A stretch of 64,000 nt of DNA, from positions 2,112,001-2,176,000 of the forward strand of contig CBDHHL010000056.1 in NCBI GenBank assembly GCA_965263355.1, in the 5' to 3' direction. This DNA is from Leptolyngbyaceae cyanobacterium. GTDB taxonomy: Bacteria; Cyanobacteriota; Cyanobacteriia; Phormidesmidales; Phormidesmidaceae. This document shows, one piece after another, positions 10,259 to 20,322 of this stretch. Made by a program: the position numbers and the translations under genes. Within the stretch, counting starts at the first letter, position 1; every line of letters starts with the position of its first letter. The notes under the pieces are model-generated. The model saw only the letters and a program-made list of their open reading frames with translations. It ran no database searches and was not told where the DNA came from.

Positions 10259-11104
10259 TCAAGACGATTTGGGGACTTGCCGCAGGAACCTGATTAGATT
10301 ACGAAAAAACTTCGGGCTCAGCTGAGCATCGTCATCGCTTGAAAATACTGGCTCCGGCATCCCAACCAAGGGTTCTGACAGCCTCATGGGAATCTCTTCA
10401 GCCAGACCGACAAAAATTAAACGAAACGCAATCCGCTGCACCTCATCAATGGACAACCCCAGATAGGTAGCAATTTGACTCAGGGGCATTTTGTCATCAA
10501 TTAATCGCCAGACACTCCACTCTGATTGATTAATGCGCACGTTAGGCTGTCCCCGAACTAGACTTACCAATGACGATTGGGGATGGGGTAGTTTTTTCTG
10601 CAAGGCACTCCAATCTTTCAAAAGCCTCAGCCCTGGCAGAATTACCTCAGTCGCCACCACACTTAAACCAGTCATTTCCACTTTAGGCAACGGGGCATCA
10701 GGATCAAAGCTAAAATAGCCATCCGGTGCTTGAAACAGATCACAAATCTGACGAATGACCTGAGCCGCAAACAAAATTTTTAACTTTTTAGGGGTCAACA
10801 CACCCTGGGAACGTAAAAAACGGCCTAGGGGCTCATCAGGGGGACAACGCCGAATCAACCGCTCGGTCATGGTCGGACTCAGGTAGCGGCAATGGCTAAT
10901 TAAGGTGGCTAGTCCCCGACTATCTAACCGATTCGTAACCGTGACAATCCGCCCACGGTGCAGCCAAATGAAGTAATACTTGGGTTCGGTTTTCCCTAGA
11001 GCGGTCAGCCCCTGAATGGACAAAAGCCCCGTCTTTTTTCCATCTTGCAAAAGCTGGAAAACCTCTGGCAGTGAAAAATCTGAAAGATAACCGTTGACAG
11101 ACAT
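10259..11104 (-). CDS. DUF4388 (PatA N-terminal-like) domain protein
   Basis: Starts GYLSDFSLPEVFQLLQDGKKTGLLSI; C-terminal HTH-like segment. Confidence 0.8.
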   Translation of the reverse strand: MSVNGYLSDFSLPEVFQLLQDGKKTGLLSIQGLTALGKTEPKYYFIWLHRGRIVTVTNRLDSRGLATLISHCRYLSPTMTERLIRRCPPDEPLGRFLRSQGVLTPKKLKILFAAQVIRQICDLFQAPDGYFSFDPDAPLPKVEMTGLSVVATEVILPGLRLLKDWSALQKKLPHPQSSLVSLVRGQPNVRINQSEWSVWRLIDDKMPLSQIATYLGLSIDEVQRIAFRLIFVGLAEEIPMRLSEPLVGMPEPVFSSDDDAQLSPKFFRNLIRFLRQVPKSS

Positions 11105-11259
11105 GCTGCACGATAGCGGCGGTAATTGGCGCTATTGTAACAGCATACATCGACCCGAACTGTGCCGGAAAATCGCCTTGACTTCAACTGTTTGAGCGAT
11201 TGGTACTACTAGATCCCCAACTGACATGGATGGGATTACGCCGTCTTTGCACATTGCTC

Positions 11260-11387
11260 TATCAGCACCATGAGCGCATTTGGTTACCGATGCTTGCTCG
11301 GTAGCCTTAACAGGAATAATAGGTGGGCAATTAACTAGACTTGCCAGCAACCACAGGGCCAGCAACCATCAGTCTCATTATTTCCAT
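11260..11387 (-). pseudogene. internally deleted MglA-like ATP/GTP-binding protein remnant
   Basis: ATG at 11387 reads MEIMRLMVAGPVVAGKSS-stop (degenerate P-loop); another frame reads PPIIPVKATEQASV, resembling the family C-terminus; lies between roadblock and DUF4388 genes. Confidence 0.7.
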
Positions 11388-11420
11388 GGAATCCCCAGAA
11401 CAGCCATTGAAAAAGCGTGG

Positions 11421-11792
11421 TTACATCAAAAGAGCCTGAATTTCGCCCACAGCTCGTTTCACTTCCAGGTTCAAAATACCCTTCTTCACCACGCGATTTG
11501 CCAGCACCAAAAAAACAGCATCTTCACCACAGTTACTCAAAATGCAGTAGCCTTCCTGACCGTCAATCGCGATTTGCTTAATATCTCCCCGCAGCAGATC
11601 GCTGCCAATCCGTTCGCCCAAAGACACGAGGGCAGCCGACATCGCCGCCACCCGCTCTTCATCCATATGGCTAGGCAACACCGACACTATTGGCAACCCA
11701 TCTAACGTAACCAGGGCCACCCCCTCAATGTCACTAGTACCACTGACAAAACTATGCAGAGTCGCTTGGAGTTTAGCTGCATCAATGGCCAT
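11421..11792 (-). CDS. roadblock/LC7 domain protein (MglB-like)
   Basis: GVALVTLDGLPI and MDEERVAAMSAALVSLGERI motifs. Confidence 0.88.
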   Translation of the reverse strand: MAIDAAKLQATLHSFVSGTSDIEGVALVTLDGLPIVSVLPSHMDEERVAAMSAALVSLGERIGSDLLRGDIKQIAIDGQEGYCILSNCGEDAVFLVLANRVVKKGILNLEVKRAVGEIQALLM

Positions 11793-11964
11793 AATCTATT
11801 GCACTAATGAATTACTTAACGCACTTATGAACGCTCATCATATAGTGCCCTTAGCCTCAGAATCTCAGACCCAAGTAATATGTCAAGATTATTTTTGGGG
11901 TAGACGTCTGAGCAAAATACAAGACTGGGCACTGCCCACCAAATATTTTGCAGCAGCAATTACC

Positions 11965-13494
11965 CTACTGCATACGATCTATCGTACGGTACTGAATCGC
12001 TTCAGCAATGTGGGCTGTGTCCAAACTATCCACAGCAGCCAAATCGGCAATGGTACGAGCCACTTTTAAAATTCGGTCAGTCGCTCGGGCTGATAAGCCT
12101 AATTTACGGACCGCTGTTTCTAGCAATGTACGTGACGCATCATTCAACTGACACCACTGACGCAGATGGCGACTTTCCAAATCTGCATTACACTGCAGCT
12201 TGGGTTCCGAAGAAAATCTGGCCTGGGCCCGCTGACGAGCTAGCTCCACACGCTGACGGACCTGCTCTGATGGCTCTCCAGGTTTATGTTGAGTAATCTC
12301 TTCGGGTTTTAAGCGACTCACAACCACCTGAAGGTCAATACGGTCCATCAGGGGCCCTGACAATCTGGCCCAATACTGTTCTCGGCTGCGCGGTGTACAG
12401 GTACAAGGCTGTACCGAATCCCCAAAGAAACCACAAGGACAAGGGTTGGTACTAGCCACCAACGTAAACTGGGCAGGGAATTCAACGCTTTGCCTTGTCC
12501 TAGCGATACTGACATAGCCATCTTCTAGGGGCTGCCGTAAAAATTCCAGCACCTTGCGGTTAAATTCGGTTAGCTCGTCGAGGAAAAGGATACCGCGATG
12601 GGCCAAGGAGATTTCTCCTGGCTTTGGGAAGGTGCCTCCACCCACCAGGGAAGGGCCAGATGCGGAGTGATGGGGACTGCGAAAGGGGCGTTCGGTAACT
12701 AGAGACCCTTTTTCTTTGAGTAGACCTGCTACGGAGTGAATTTGGGTTACTTCCAAGGCTTCTTGAAAGTTGAGGGGGGGCAAAATGGTGGATAGGCGAC
12801 GGGCCAACATAGTCTTACCGCTTCCAGGTGGGCCAACAAAAATCAGGTTGTGACCACCCGCTGCTGCAATTTCCAGAGCCCGTCTTGCCTGGGCCTGCCC
12901 TTTTACGTCTCGTAAGTCGACTCCATGGGGCTGGGCTTGGGCCAAAGCTTCACAGCCATTGATGGTGAGGGGAGTGCGATCGCAACCCCCATTCAAAAAC
13001 TCCACTACATCACCAATGGTCTTAAACCCATAGACTTCCAGGTCTGGCACCACCGCCGCTTCCTGGGCATTATCCTCAGGCACAATCAAGCCCCGAATCC
13101 CCAGCTGAGGTGCCGCTGCTGCCATGGCCATCACTCCAGCTACCGGGCGCAGGGTACCGTCCAGTGACATTTCGCCTAAGAGCAAATAGTTACCGACAGT
13201 TTCCTGACTAACCAAGTCTGCAGCGGCCAAAATACCAATGGCAATAGGTAAGTCGTAAATTGGTCCTTCCTTGCGCACATCTGCCGGGGTGAGGTTCACC
13301 ACCACCTTGCGCATGGGAAACGGAAATCCAGCATTTTTCAGCGCGGCTTTGACTCGTTCCCGCGATTCCTGCACAGCAGTATCGGGTAAGCCTACAACGA
13401 CGACACCTGGTAGTCCGCCTGAGAGATCTACCTCCACACCGACTTTTAGGGCATCAATACCAACTAACGATGCACTCCAGATTCTTGCCAGCAT
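11965..13494 (-). CDS. comM: YifB/ComM-family Mg-chelatase-like AAA+ ATPase
   Basis: GLPDTAVQESRERV, GPPGSGKT, PFRSPHHSAS, LFLDELTEF, NPCPCG and SGPLMDRID. Confidence 0.92.
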   Translation of the reverse strand: MLARIWSASLVGIDALKVGVEVDLSGGLPGVVVVGLPDTAVQESRERVKAALKNAGFPFPMRKVVVNLTPADVRKEGPIYDLPIAIGILAAADLVSQETVGNYLLLGEMSLDGTLRPVAGVMAMAAAAPQLGIRGLIVPEDNAQEAAVVPDLEVYGFKTIGDVVEFLNGGCDRTPLTINGCEALAQAQPHGVDLRDVKGQAQARRALEIAAAGGHNLIFVGPPGSGKTMLARRLSTILPPLNFQEALEVTQIHSVAGLLKEKGSLVTERPFRSPHHSASGPSLVGGGTFPKPGEISLAHRGILFLDELTEFNRKVLEFLRQPLEDGYVSIARTRQSVEFPAQFTLVASTNPCPCGFFGDSVQPCTCTPRSREQYWARLSGPLMDRIDLQVVVSRLKPEEITQHKPGEPSEQVRQRVELARQRAQARFSSEPKLQCNADLESRHLRQWCQLNDASRTLLETAVRKLGLSARATDRILKVARTIADLAAVDSLDTAHIAEAIQYRTIDRMQ

Positions 13495-13629
13495 TGAGGC
13501 ACTCCAACACGTTTATGTAGAGTGCCCAGCCATATATGAGTACCACCGAATCGGCCTTTACGAAGACGGCGTGTTCTTCACGAACCCTTCTATTTCACAA
13601 GGCTGCGTCTTTTTGCCCCAGGATATCTC

Positions 13630-13736
13630 ATACCAAATCCGAATTCATTAAACTCGATTAAAAATGGACGATCCTGTAGGGGCACTCCCTTGTGGATGCC
13701 CTTCGATACCGGGTACTATCAAGCAGGATTTCGTAT
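13630..13736. mobile_element. 107-bp MITE/REPIN-like element, copy 1
   Basis: Terminal inverted repeats ATACCAAATCC...GGATTTCGTAT with an internal GTAGGGGC hairpin; a homologous 107-bp copy lies in opposite orientation at 41924-42030. Confidence 0.7.
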
Positions 13737-14069
13737 CATGCATCATCTGAGCTATCAGGGCCTCACATTCGGGGCACTGACCATTAAAGAGTAAATTCAA
13801 GTCGAGCAAACCAAAGACCTTTAACTTAGCTTCATCCGTAGTTTCCGTAATTCCCTAGGTGTTTTTAACAGGTACACAGGTTTCAATAAACACAGGTATA
13901 CAGGGAAAATGCGATGCGTCTTCGAGAAAAGACAAAAAAGCTTTGGACTAAACTCGACGAAAATCAGCAAGAAACTATCAAGGGTGGCAAGGACGCCATG
14001 GCTAAAAAGCCTAGACAGATATTCACGCCGCCACCGGGCGGTTGGTGGTAAGCGCAAATGTAATTGCTA

Positions 14070-14165
14070 TTGATTTGGAGCTTAGTGACCCTAGCCAGGG
14101 CTAGGGAGCACTAATTGAATAACAAGGACCGGCCCGCCATTGCCTTAAGTTTTGGCGGGTTTTTC
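14070..14165 (+). ncRNA. putative small RNA 3' region: hairpin followed by intrinsic terminator
   Basis: TTAGTG-CCCTAGCC/GGCTAGGG-CACTAA hairpin, then CCCGCCA...TGGCGGG-TTTTT terminator with no plus-strand CDS upstream. Confidence 0.45.
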
Positions 14166-14179
14166 TATATTAATTTGGC

Positions 14180-14260
14180 TAACCCACGTCCAAGTTAAAA
14201 CTTGTAGCTTCTTCTACGGAAAAACTCCAGTTCTGGACGTGGACAAGGTTTAGATAGAGA
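14180..14260 (+). repeat. ~80-bp dispersed repeat, copy 1
   Basis: Aligns by eye with 37794-37874 (shared CTTCTACrGAAAAAC..CAG.TCTGGAyGTGGACAAG.TTTrGATAGA). Confidence 0.7.
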
Positions 14261-14462
14261 TTTTACGCTCTATGACCATGGCAGTTAAGCCCTAGCCACC
14301 TCATAACCTCATCCCCAGAGCTACCTGATAGTATTAGGAACACCATCCTGAACTACGCAGTATAGTACCTGTATACTAAACCGTTTAATAAGCACGGCTT
14401 AGCTTCTCCATCAGAAGTTGAGGCTCGATAGCTGCCACATATATATAAGTCACCTAAAACAT

Positions 14463-14810
14463 ATGTTGACGACTTCCAACGCCTCCAACGTTGCTATCAC
14501 CATCCGTGAAAAGCAACTCGAAGACGAGCAAATGAAGGACGTGGAACTTTTGCTAGAAAGCATGTTTAAGCGGGAAGAAGCCACCCTCCAGCTGATACTA
14601 GACCGTCTTTATGACATTGGTTCTAATAATTTGATCAACTGTCGAGTCAAGCCCCGTCGCCTCAATCGACTAATGAAATGGATTGCCCGGTTAACCAAAC
14701 CCGCATTTCATTACTTCGCCGTACGTTGGTCCCAAAAAAACTGCCCAAAGTTAATTACAGACTGGCTCTACTCACAAGTTCAGTTTTCTCAGCCATCCGC
14801 CGATAACTAG
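14463..14810 (+). CDS. conserved cyanobacterial hypothetical protein
   Basis: Clean ORF with REEATLQLILDRLYDIGS and NCPKLITDWL. Confidence 0.7.
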   Translation: MLTTSNASNVAITIREKQLEDEQMKDVELLLESMFKREEATLQLILDRLYDIGSNNLINCRVKPRRLNRLMKWIARLTKPAFHYFAVRWSQKNCPKLITDWLYSQVQFSQPSADN

Positions 14811-15023
14811 TGGTCCGTCAAGCCTAAGATTTAGGATGAGACTAGTAAAGAGTGAAGCTTCAAATGGCATGGAGAGTGACTCTTTACCTTTACCCTTAAT
14901 CAATACAAGCCCCTAATCTTTAGCGTTGACGCTGCACTAGTATCCAAATCCATGCCTCTGGCCCCTGCCAAAACATATCAATTCTTAGCCTACTTACCAC
15001 CATCTAACCCTTAAAATACATAG

Positions 15024-15389
<366 letters not shown>

Positions 15390-15590
15390 GGTAGTTGAGT
15401 ATTCACTCATTATCTATGTAGAAGTGTATCAATAAGGCAAGTTTCTTGTCTTACCCCTACAAACCGATAAGCATATTTACTAATCTTATAAACGAGTCTC
15501 CATCTACTTATTTGCTGCAGAGAGTAAATTATTTTTCTTTGCTTGCCTTCACAGTGATGTTGACTCGTGTACATAACTTCATTCATCACT

Positions 15591-16673
15591 ATGACTTCTA
15601 CTTTGCAATCCCGTGATCGGGTGAGCACGTGGGATCAGTTTTGCAATTGGATCACTAGCACTGACAACCGCATTTATGTTGGTTGGTTTGGTGTGCTAAT
15701 GATCCCCACTCTGCTAGCTGCCACTACTTGCTTTGTCATCGCATTCATCGCTGCTCCTCCCGTTGACATCGACGGTATCCGCGAGCCCGTTGCTGGTTCT
15801 TTAATACTTGGCAACAACATTATCTCCGGTGCAGTAATTCCTTCTTCTAACGCTATCGGTCTACACTTCTACCCCATCTGGGAAGCGGCTTCTCTAGATG
15901 AGTGGTTGTATAACGGTGGCCCTTACCAGCTAGTAATTTTCCACTTCCTCATTGGCTGCTTCTGCTACATGGGTCGTCAGTGGGAATTGAGCTACCGCTT
16001 GGGTATGCGTCCTTGGATCTGTGTTGCTTACTCCGCTCCTTTGGCGTCTGCAACTGCAGTATTCTTGATCTACCCCATCGGTCAGGGTTCTTTCTCTGAT
16101 GGTATGCCTCTGGGTATTTCCGGTACTTTCAACTTCATGCTTGTTTTCCAGGCTGAGCACAATATTCTAATGCACCCCTTCCACATGTTGGGTGTGGCGG
16201 GTGTATTCGGTGGTTCCTTGTTCTCCGCTATGCACGGTTCTCTAGTGACTTCCTCATTGGTTCGTGAGACTACTGAGACTGAGTCTTTGAACTATGGTTA
16301 CAAGTTTGGCCAGGAAGAAGAGACTTACAACATCGTTGCAGCTCACGGCTACTTCGGTCGTTTGATCTTCCAGTATGCTTCCTTTAACAACAGCCGTTCC
16401 TTGCACTTCTTCTTGGGTGCTTGGCCCGTAGTTTGTATCTGGTTCACTGCACTAGGTATTTCCACTATGGCGTTCAACTTGAACGGTTTCAACTTCAACC
16501 AGTCCATCCTGGATTCCCAGGGTCGTGTTGTTAGCACTTGGGCTGACGTGATCAACCGTGCCAACCTGGGTATGGAAGTAATGCACGAGCGTAACGCTCA
16601 TAACTTCCCTCTAGACTTGGCTGCTGGTGCTGAAACTCCTGTTGCTTTGAGCGCTCCTGCAATCAACGGCTAA
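15591..16673 (+). CDS. psbA: photosystem II D1 protein, standard oxygen-evolving form with Q130
   Basis: 360 aa from ATG 15591; Y161, D170, E189, H332, E333, D342 and A344 present; strongly biased codon usage. Confidence 0.98.
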   Translation: MTSTLQSRDRVSTWDQFCNWITSTDNRIYVGWFGVLMIPTLLAATTCFVIAFIAAPPVDIDGIREPVAGSLILGNNIISGAVIPSSNAIGLHFYPIWEAASLDEWLYNGGPYQLVIFHFLIGCFCYMGRQWELSYRLGMRPWICVAYSAPLASATAVFLIYPIGQGSFSDGMPLGISGTFNFMLVFQAEHNILMHPFHMLGVAGVFGGSLFSAMHGSLVTSSLVRETTETESLNYGYKFGQEEETYNIVAAHGYFGRLIFQYASFNNSRSLHFFLGAWPVVCIWFTALGISTMAFNLNGFNFNQSILDSQGRVVSTWADVINRANLGMEVMHERNAHNFPLDLAAGAETPVALSAPAING

Positions 16674-16712
16674 GTACTTTCGGTAACGGCTAAGTTGTAA
16701 AGGCTTAGTTTG

Positions 16713-16746
16713 AAAAAGGGGTTCCTCAAACGGGGAGCCCCTTTTT
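16713..16746. terminator. intrinsic terminator after psbA (bidirectional)
   Basis: AAAAAGGGGTTCCTC-AAAC-GGGGAGCCCCTTTTT. Confidence 0.8.
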
Positions 16747-16838
16747 AGTGTTTTTTGTGATTCTGGAGCTGGTGGGCAATGCCCACCCTAGGAACTCTGG
16801 GAGGTTGACGGGGTGGGTTGTCAAGCTAATTCTGAGTG

Positions 16839-17705
16839 CTAATCTTCAATTCTTTCTAATTGCCAAAACTTATCTTGATCGGACTCGCTACTGACGCAAG
16901 AAATCGTCCAGTTACGCCAGGTCCAGTCATCGCCACGCTTCGCTAGTTCACCGGCAGATATTCCTGTTAAAACCACAAGTTCCGATGTGGTGATCAAATA
17001 TCCCTGGGTTGCAAGTTCATCAGCTGTTTGCAATAGTTTCAGCATATTGCTGACGCGATTAATGCGGGTGTCGGACATGTCACTCAGGGTGGTATCGATG
17101 ATAGGTAAGGAAATTTCTGGCTGTTGAGGAGATTTTTTGGGCAGGGTCGATGTGGCTTTGGGTATTGATTTGGTCTTTTCAGTAGTAGCTGATGCTTTGC
17201 TGGAGCCACCGATGGATTGGCTTAAGCTGATGGCACGCTGTTGCGAAAATGAACGGGCAATTTCATCGCAACGTTCGTTACCCACATTGCCTGCATGGCC
17301 TTTGACATATTGCCAATCGATATCAATACTTTGATCAGTTTTAAGGCTTTGCGCTAGTTCATCCAGCGTTAGCCACAGGTCTTTGTTGAGAACGGCTTTA
17401 CCTGCAGCTGTTTTCCAGCCTTTGCGTTTCCAGCCGCGCATCCACTGGGTGATGCCCTGGATTAAGTATTTGCTGTCGGTATTGAGTTGAATGTCATTGT
17501 CGTACGTGTGCTGTTGAAGAAATTGGAGGGCTGCGATCGCAGCCTGCATTTCCATCCGATTATTCGTCGTCCCCGGCTCATAGCCCCCCATTTCATGGAC
17601 TGAGCCATCCACAAAATAAATCACCGTCCCCCAGCCCCCCGGACCAGGATTTCCCGAACAAGCTCCGTCAGTGTATATCGCCTTGATCTCAGGCAAATCG
17701 GTCAT
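16839..17705 (-). CDS. rnhA: ribonuclease HI with cyanobacterial C-terminal extension
   Basis: YTDGACSGNPGPGGWG, TTNNRMEM and VKGHAGNVGNERCD. Confidence 0.93.
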   Translation of the reverse strand: MTDLPEIKAIYTDGACSGNPGPGGWGTVIYFVDGSVHEMGGYEPGTTNNRMEMQAAIAALQFLQQHTYDNDIQLNTDSKYLIQGITQWMRGWKRKGWKTAAGKAVLNKDLWLTLDELAQSLKTDQSIDIDWQYVKGHAGNVGNERCDEIARSFSQQRAISLSQSIGGSSKASATTEKTKSIPKATSTLPKKSPQQPEISLPIIDTTLSDMSDTRINRVSNMLKLLQTADELATQGYLITTSELVVLTGISAGELAKRGDDWTWRNWTISCVSSESDQDKFWQLERIED

Positions 17706-17941
17706 AAAGTTTAGCGATCTCAACAAGAAACCCTATGCATCATAGCGACGATTATCAAAATTGCTGAGCCTTCAGCACAAAAGTTCTACTAGTGGAGCGG
17801 GTTCTACACCTCAAGTACTATTCAACATCCACCACTAATAGAACTGATAAGCAAAACTTTGCACTCAGCACTCTAAAGATATGGGATAAGAATTAAAGGG
17901 ATAACCCATCCACCCGACACAGGTACTAAGGACTAACAACA

Positions 17942-18670
17942 ATGAAAAAATTAATGCGGGGTCTGCGTCAGTTTCAGGAGAACTATGTACCTGCCCACAA
18001 GAAACTGATGTCGAGTCTGGCCAAAGGTCAGAGCCCAAACGTCCTCTTTATTACCTGTTCAGACTCACGGGTACAGCCAGAACTGATTACCCAGGCTGAG
18101 CTAGGCGAACTTTTTGTCATCCGCAATGCGGGTAATATTGTGCCCCCCTTTGGGGCCACCAATGGGGGAGAGGGTGCCACCATTGAATATGCCGTTAAAT
18201 CGTTGAATGTCGATCACATTATTGTTTGTGGTCACTCCAGCTGTGGGGCCATGAAAGGTTTGCTGCAAATTGGCAAACTCGAAGAAAAAATGCCCCTGGT
18301 CTACCATTGGCTAATCCATACAGAAGCCACCCGCCAGCTGGTGGAAGACCATTACAACGAGTTAGACAAAACTGACAAACTGGAGATGCTGGTAGCGGAA
18401 AATGTGCTGACTCAGATTGAAAACTTGCGTACTTACCCCGCTGTTCGTTCCATGCTCCATAGCGGTAACCTATCGCTCCATGGCTGGATTTATAACATTA
18501 ACGACGGCAGTATCCTCTCCTACGACTCCGATCGCCATGCCTTTGTCCCCCCCTTTAGTGATCCAGGTAAAACTCTCAACAATGGCAATGCTCACACTAC
18601 ATCCCAAATGCCAGGGGAAAATCGCCTAGCATACGGACAATCGGCCAGAATCTTTAAAGGCTCCTATTAA
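17942..18670 (+). CDS. ccaA: beta-class carbonic anhydrase, probably the carboxysomal CcaA/IcfA type
   Basis: CSDSRV and CGHSSCG Zn ligands; C-terminal tail QSARIFKGS resembles the CcaA QRIYRGS tail. Confidence 0.75.
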   Translation: MKKLMRGLRQFQENYVPAHKKLMSSLAKGQSPNVLFITCSDSRVQPELITQAELGELFVIRNAGNIVPPFGATNGGEGATIEYAVKSLNVDHIIVCGHSSCGAMKGLLQIGKLEEKMPLVYHWLIHTEATRQLVEDHYNELDKTDKLEMLVAENVLTQIENLRTYPAVRSMLHSGNLSLHGWIYNINDGSILSYDSDRHAFVPPFSDPGKTLNNGNAHTTSQMPGENRLAYGQSARIFKGSY

Positions 18671-19134
18671 ATCCAATCCTTAAACGGATTCTCAACCAAA
18701 TTCGAATTGTAATATCGCGGATCCCCAGTCACCTCTTCACCAATCCATACAGGCAAATCAACCGTTTGCCCAGCATGGGTTAGTTCAACCTCGGCTAAAA
18801 TTAATCCCTGATTCTCTCCTAAAAACTCATCCACTTCCCAAACCGTTTCCCCTAACGCAATCCGATAGCGATGCTTTTCAATTAGAGGTCGTTGACATAG
18901 CTCAGTGAGAATAGCCTGGGCATCTGCCAGTGGAATTTCATATTCAAACTCAGAGCGGCTAATACCCACCACTGGACCTTTTAGGGTGAGATATCCCTGA
19001 TCGCCAATAATCCTTACCCGCACAGTTTGTTTCCCCTGGGTAGGGACGTATCCCTGACAGTAATAACGGCCTATCGCCAGACCACGCCAGGCATCACCTT
19101 GCACCAGAAATTTACGTTCGATTTCTACAGACAT
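18667..19134 (-). CDS. CYTH domain protein
   Basis: EIERKFLV N-terminal motif, WEVDEF and AEVEL. Confidence 0.9.
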   Translation of the reverse strand: MSVEIERKFLVQGDAWRGLAIGRYYCQGYVPTQGKQTVRVRIIGDQGYLTLKGPVVGISRSEFEYEIPLADAQAILTELCQRPLIEKHRYRIALGETVWEVDEFLGENQGLILAEVELTHAGQTVDLPVWIGEEVTGDPRYYNSNLVENPFKDWI

Positions 19135-19155
19135 CGGATTATATGGAGATATTTT

Positions 19156-19187
19156 GTGTAGGGGCGTTACATGCAATGCCCCTACAC
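19156..19187. repeat. REP-like palindrome
   Basis: GTGTAGGGGCGTTACATGCAATGCCCCTACAC. Confidence 0.7.
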
Positions 19188-19197
19188 GCGTATGTTT

Positions 19198-20178
19198 TCA
19201 TTTTCTCAAAAACAAGAATGCGTCTACCTCTCGCGGGGTGGGTTGTCCTGCGATCGCACCGGCCCGTGTAGTGGTCAATGCCGCAACAGCGCTAGCGTAG
19301 CGCACGACGTCATGGACACAGTCAGCATCTAACAAACAGGTCCGCCCAAGGGTGCATAGCTGATGGAGAAATCCAGCAACAAAGGCATCTCCTGCCCCCG
19401 TCGTATCTTCCACATCGACATCAAACCCTGGGACATGACCACTATACCCACCCAGATAGTAGCGACAGCCAGCGGCTCCCGCCGTCACCATCACCCCTTC
19501 TAAATAGGGCCGTTGGGCTGCGATCTCAACCGGATCGGTCGTATCCAACAACCACTGAGCCTCCGTATCCGACAGCTTCAGAAACGAAACATACTTAAGT
19601 AAATCCATCACCAGCCCCATCGCCTGGGCCGGATTTTCCCAAAACATAGGCCGCCAGTTAACGTCTAAAACCACCCGACCATTTTGTTCTTGTATCCAAT
19701 TCACCGCCTGTAGCATCGACTCGCGGGTTTCAGGATAGGCCAGCCCTAAGGTGCCGAGGACTAGATATTTGGAGCCCTTGAATAGGTAAGGATCGATGCG
19801 ATCGCAAATCAGATGAGCATCCGCAAAACCAGCTGGGTCCGGTAACGAAAACCCAGCAAACGAACGTTCGCCCATATCATCTGTTAGAACATAAACCTCA
19901 CGGGTAGGAGCCGTTGGATGACGCTGTAAACCACGAGAACCTACCCGTAAATCGGATAATAGTTGCCCTAGGGCCTGCCCCCAAGCATCCACACCCACAG
20001 AACCGATAAATTCTGCCGATGTTCCCAACTTTGCTAGACCACAGGCCACATTCGCTGGAGCACCACCTGGTAACGACATCTTCTTTTGCCGATCTCCCAA
20101 CCAAAAGCTATCAACCAGAATTTCTCCCAGACACACCACTGGACTCACCGGATTATCCATCCTCGCCTCTGGCCCCAT
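19198..20178 (-). CDS. PfkB-family carbohydrate kinase (fructokinase-like)
   Basis: PGGAPANVA, DVNWRP and DTTGAGDAF. Confidence 0.92.
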   Translation of the reverse strand: MGPEARMDNPVSPVVCLGEILVDSFWLGDRQKKMSLPGGAPANVACGLAKLGTSAEFIGSVGVDAWGQALGQLLSDLRVGSRGLQRHPTAPTREVYVLTDDMGERSFAGFSLPDPAGFADAHLICDRIDPYLFKGSKYLVLGTLGLAYPETRESMLQAVNWIQEQNGRVVLDVNWRPMFWENPAQAMGLVMDLLKYVSFLKLSDTEAQWLLDTTDPVEIAAQRPYLEGVMVTAGAAGCRYYLGGYSGHVPGFDVDVEDTTGAGDAFVAGFLHQLCTLGRTCLLDADCVHDVVRYASAVAALTTTRAGAIAGQPTPREVDAFLFLRK

Positions 20179-20322
20179 TGTTGCGACATACTTTGACAGC
20201 CCTAAATAGATAGAACTCTCAGCCGAAAGTATAGGGTACTAAACGATTTTCCAAAGCCTCTGCTTAAAGAATTATTCTCTTTTTTCAATTCGCAACCTTG
20301 GTTGGCCCTGCCTACCCTACGC

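Noticed and set aside
11132..11365. 77-aa ORF as a real gene
   Set aside because: Better explained as the out-of-frame remnant of the deleted GTPase
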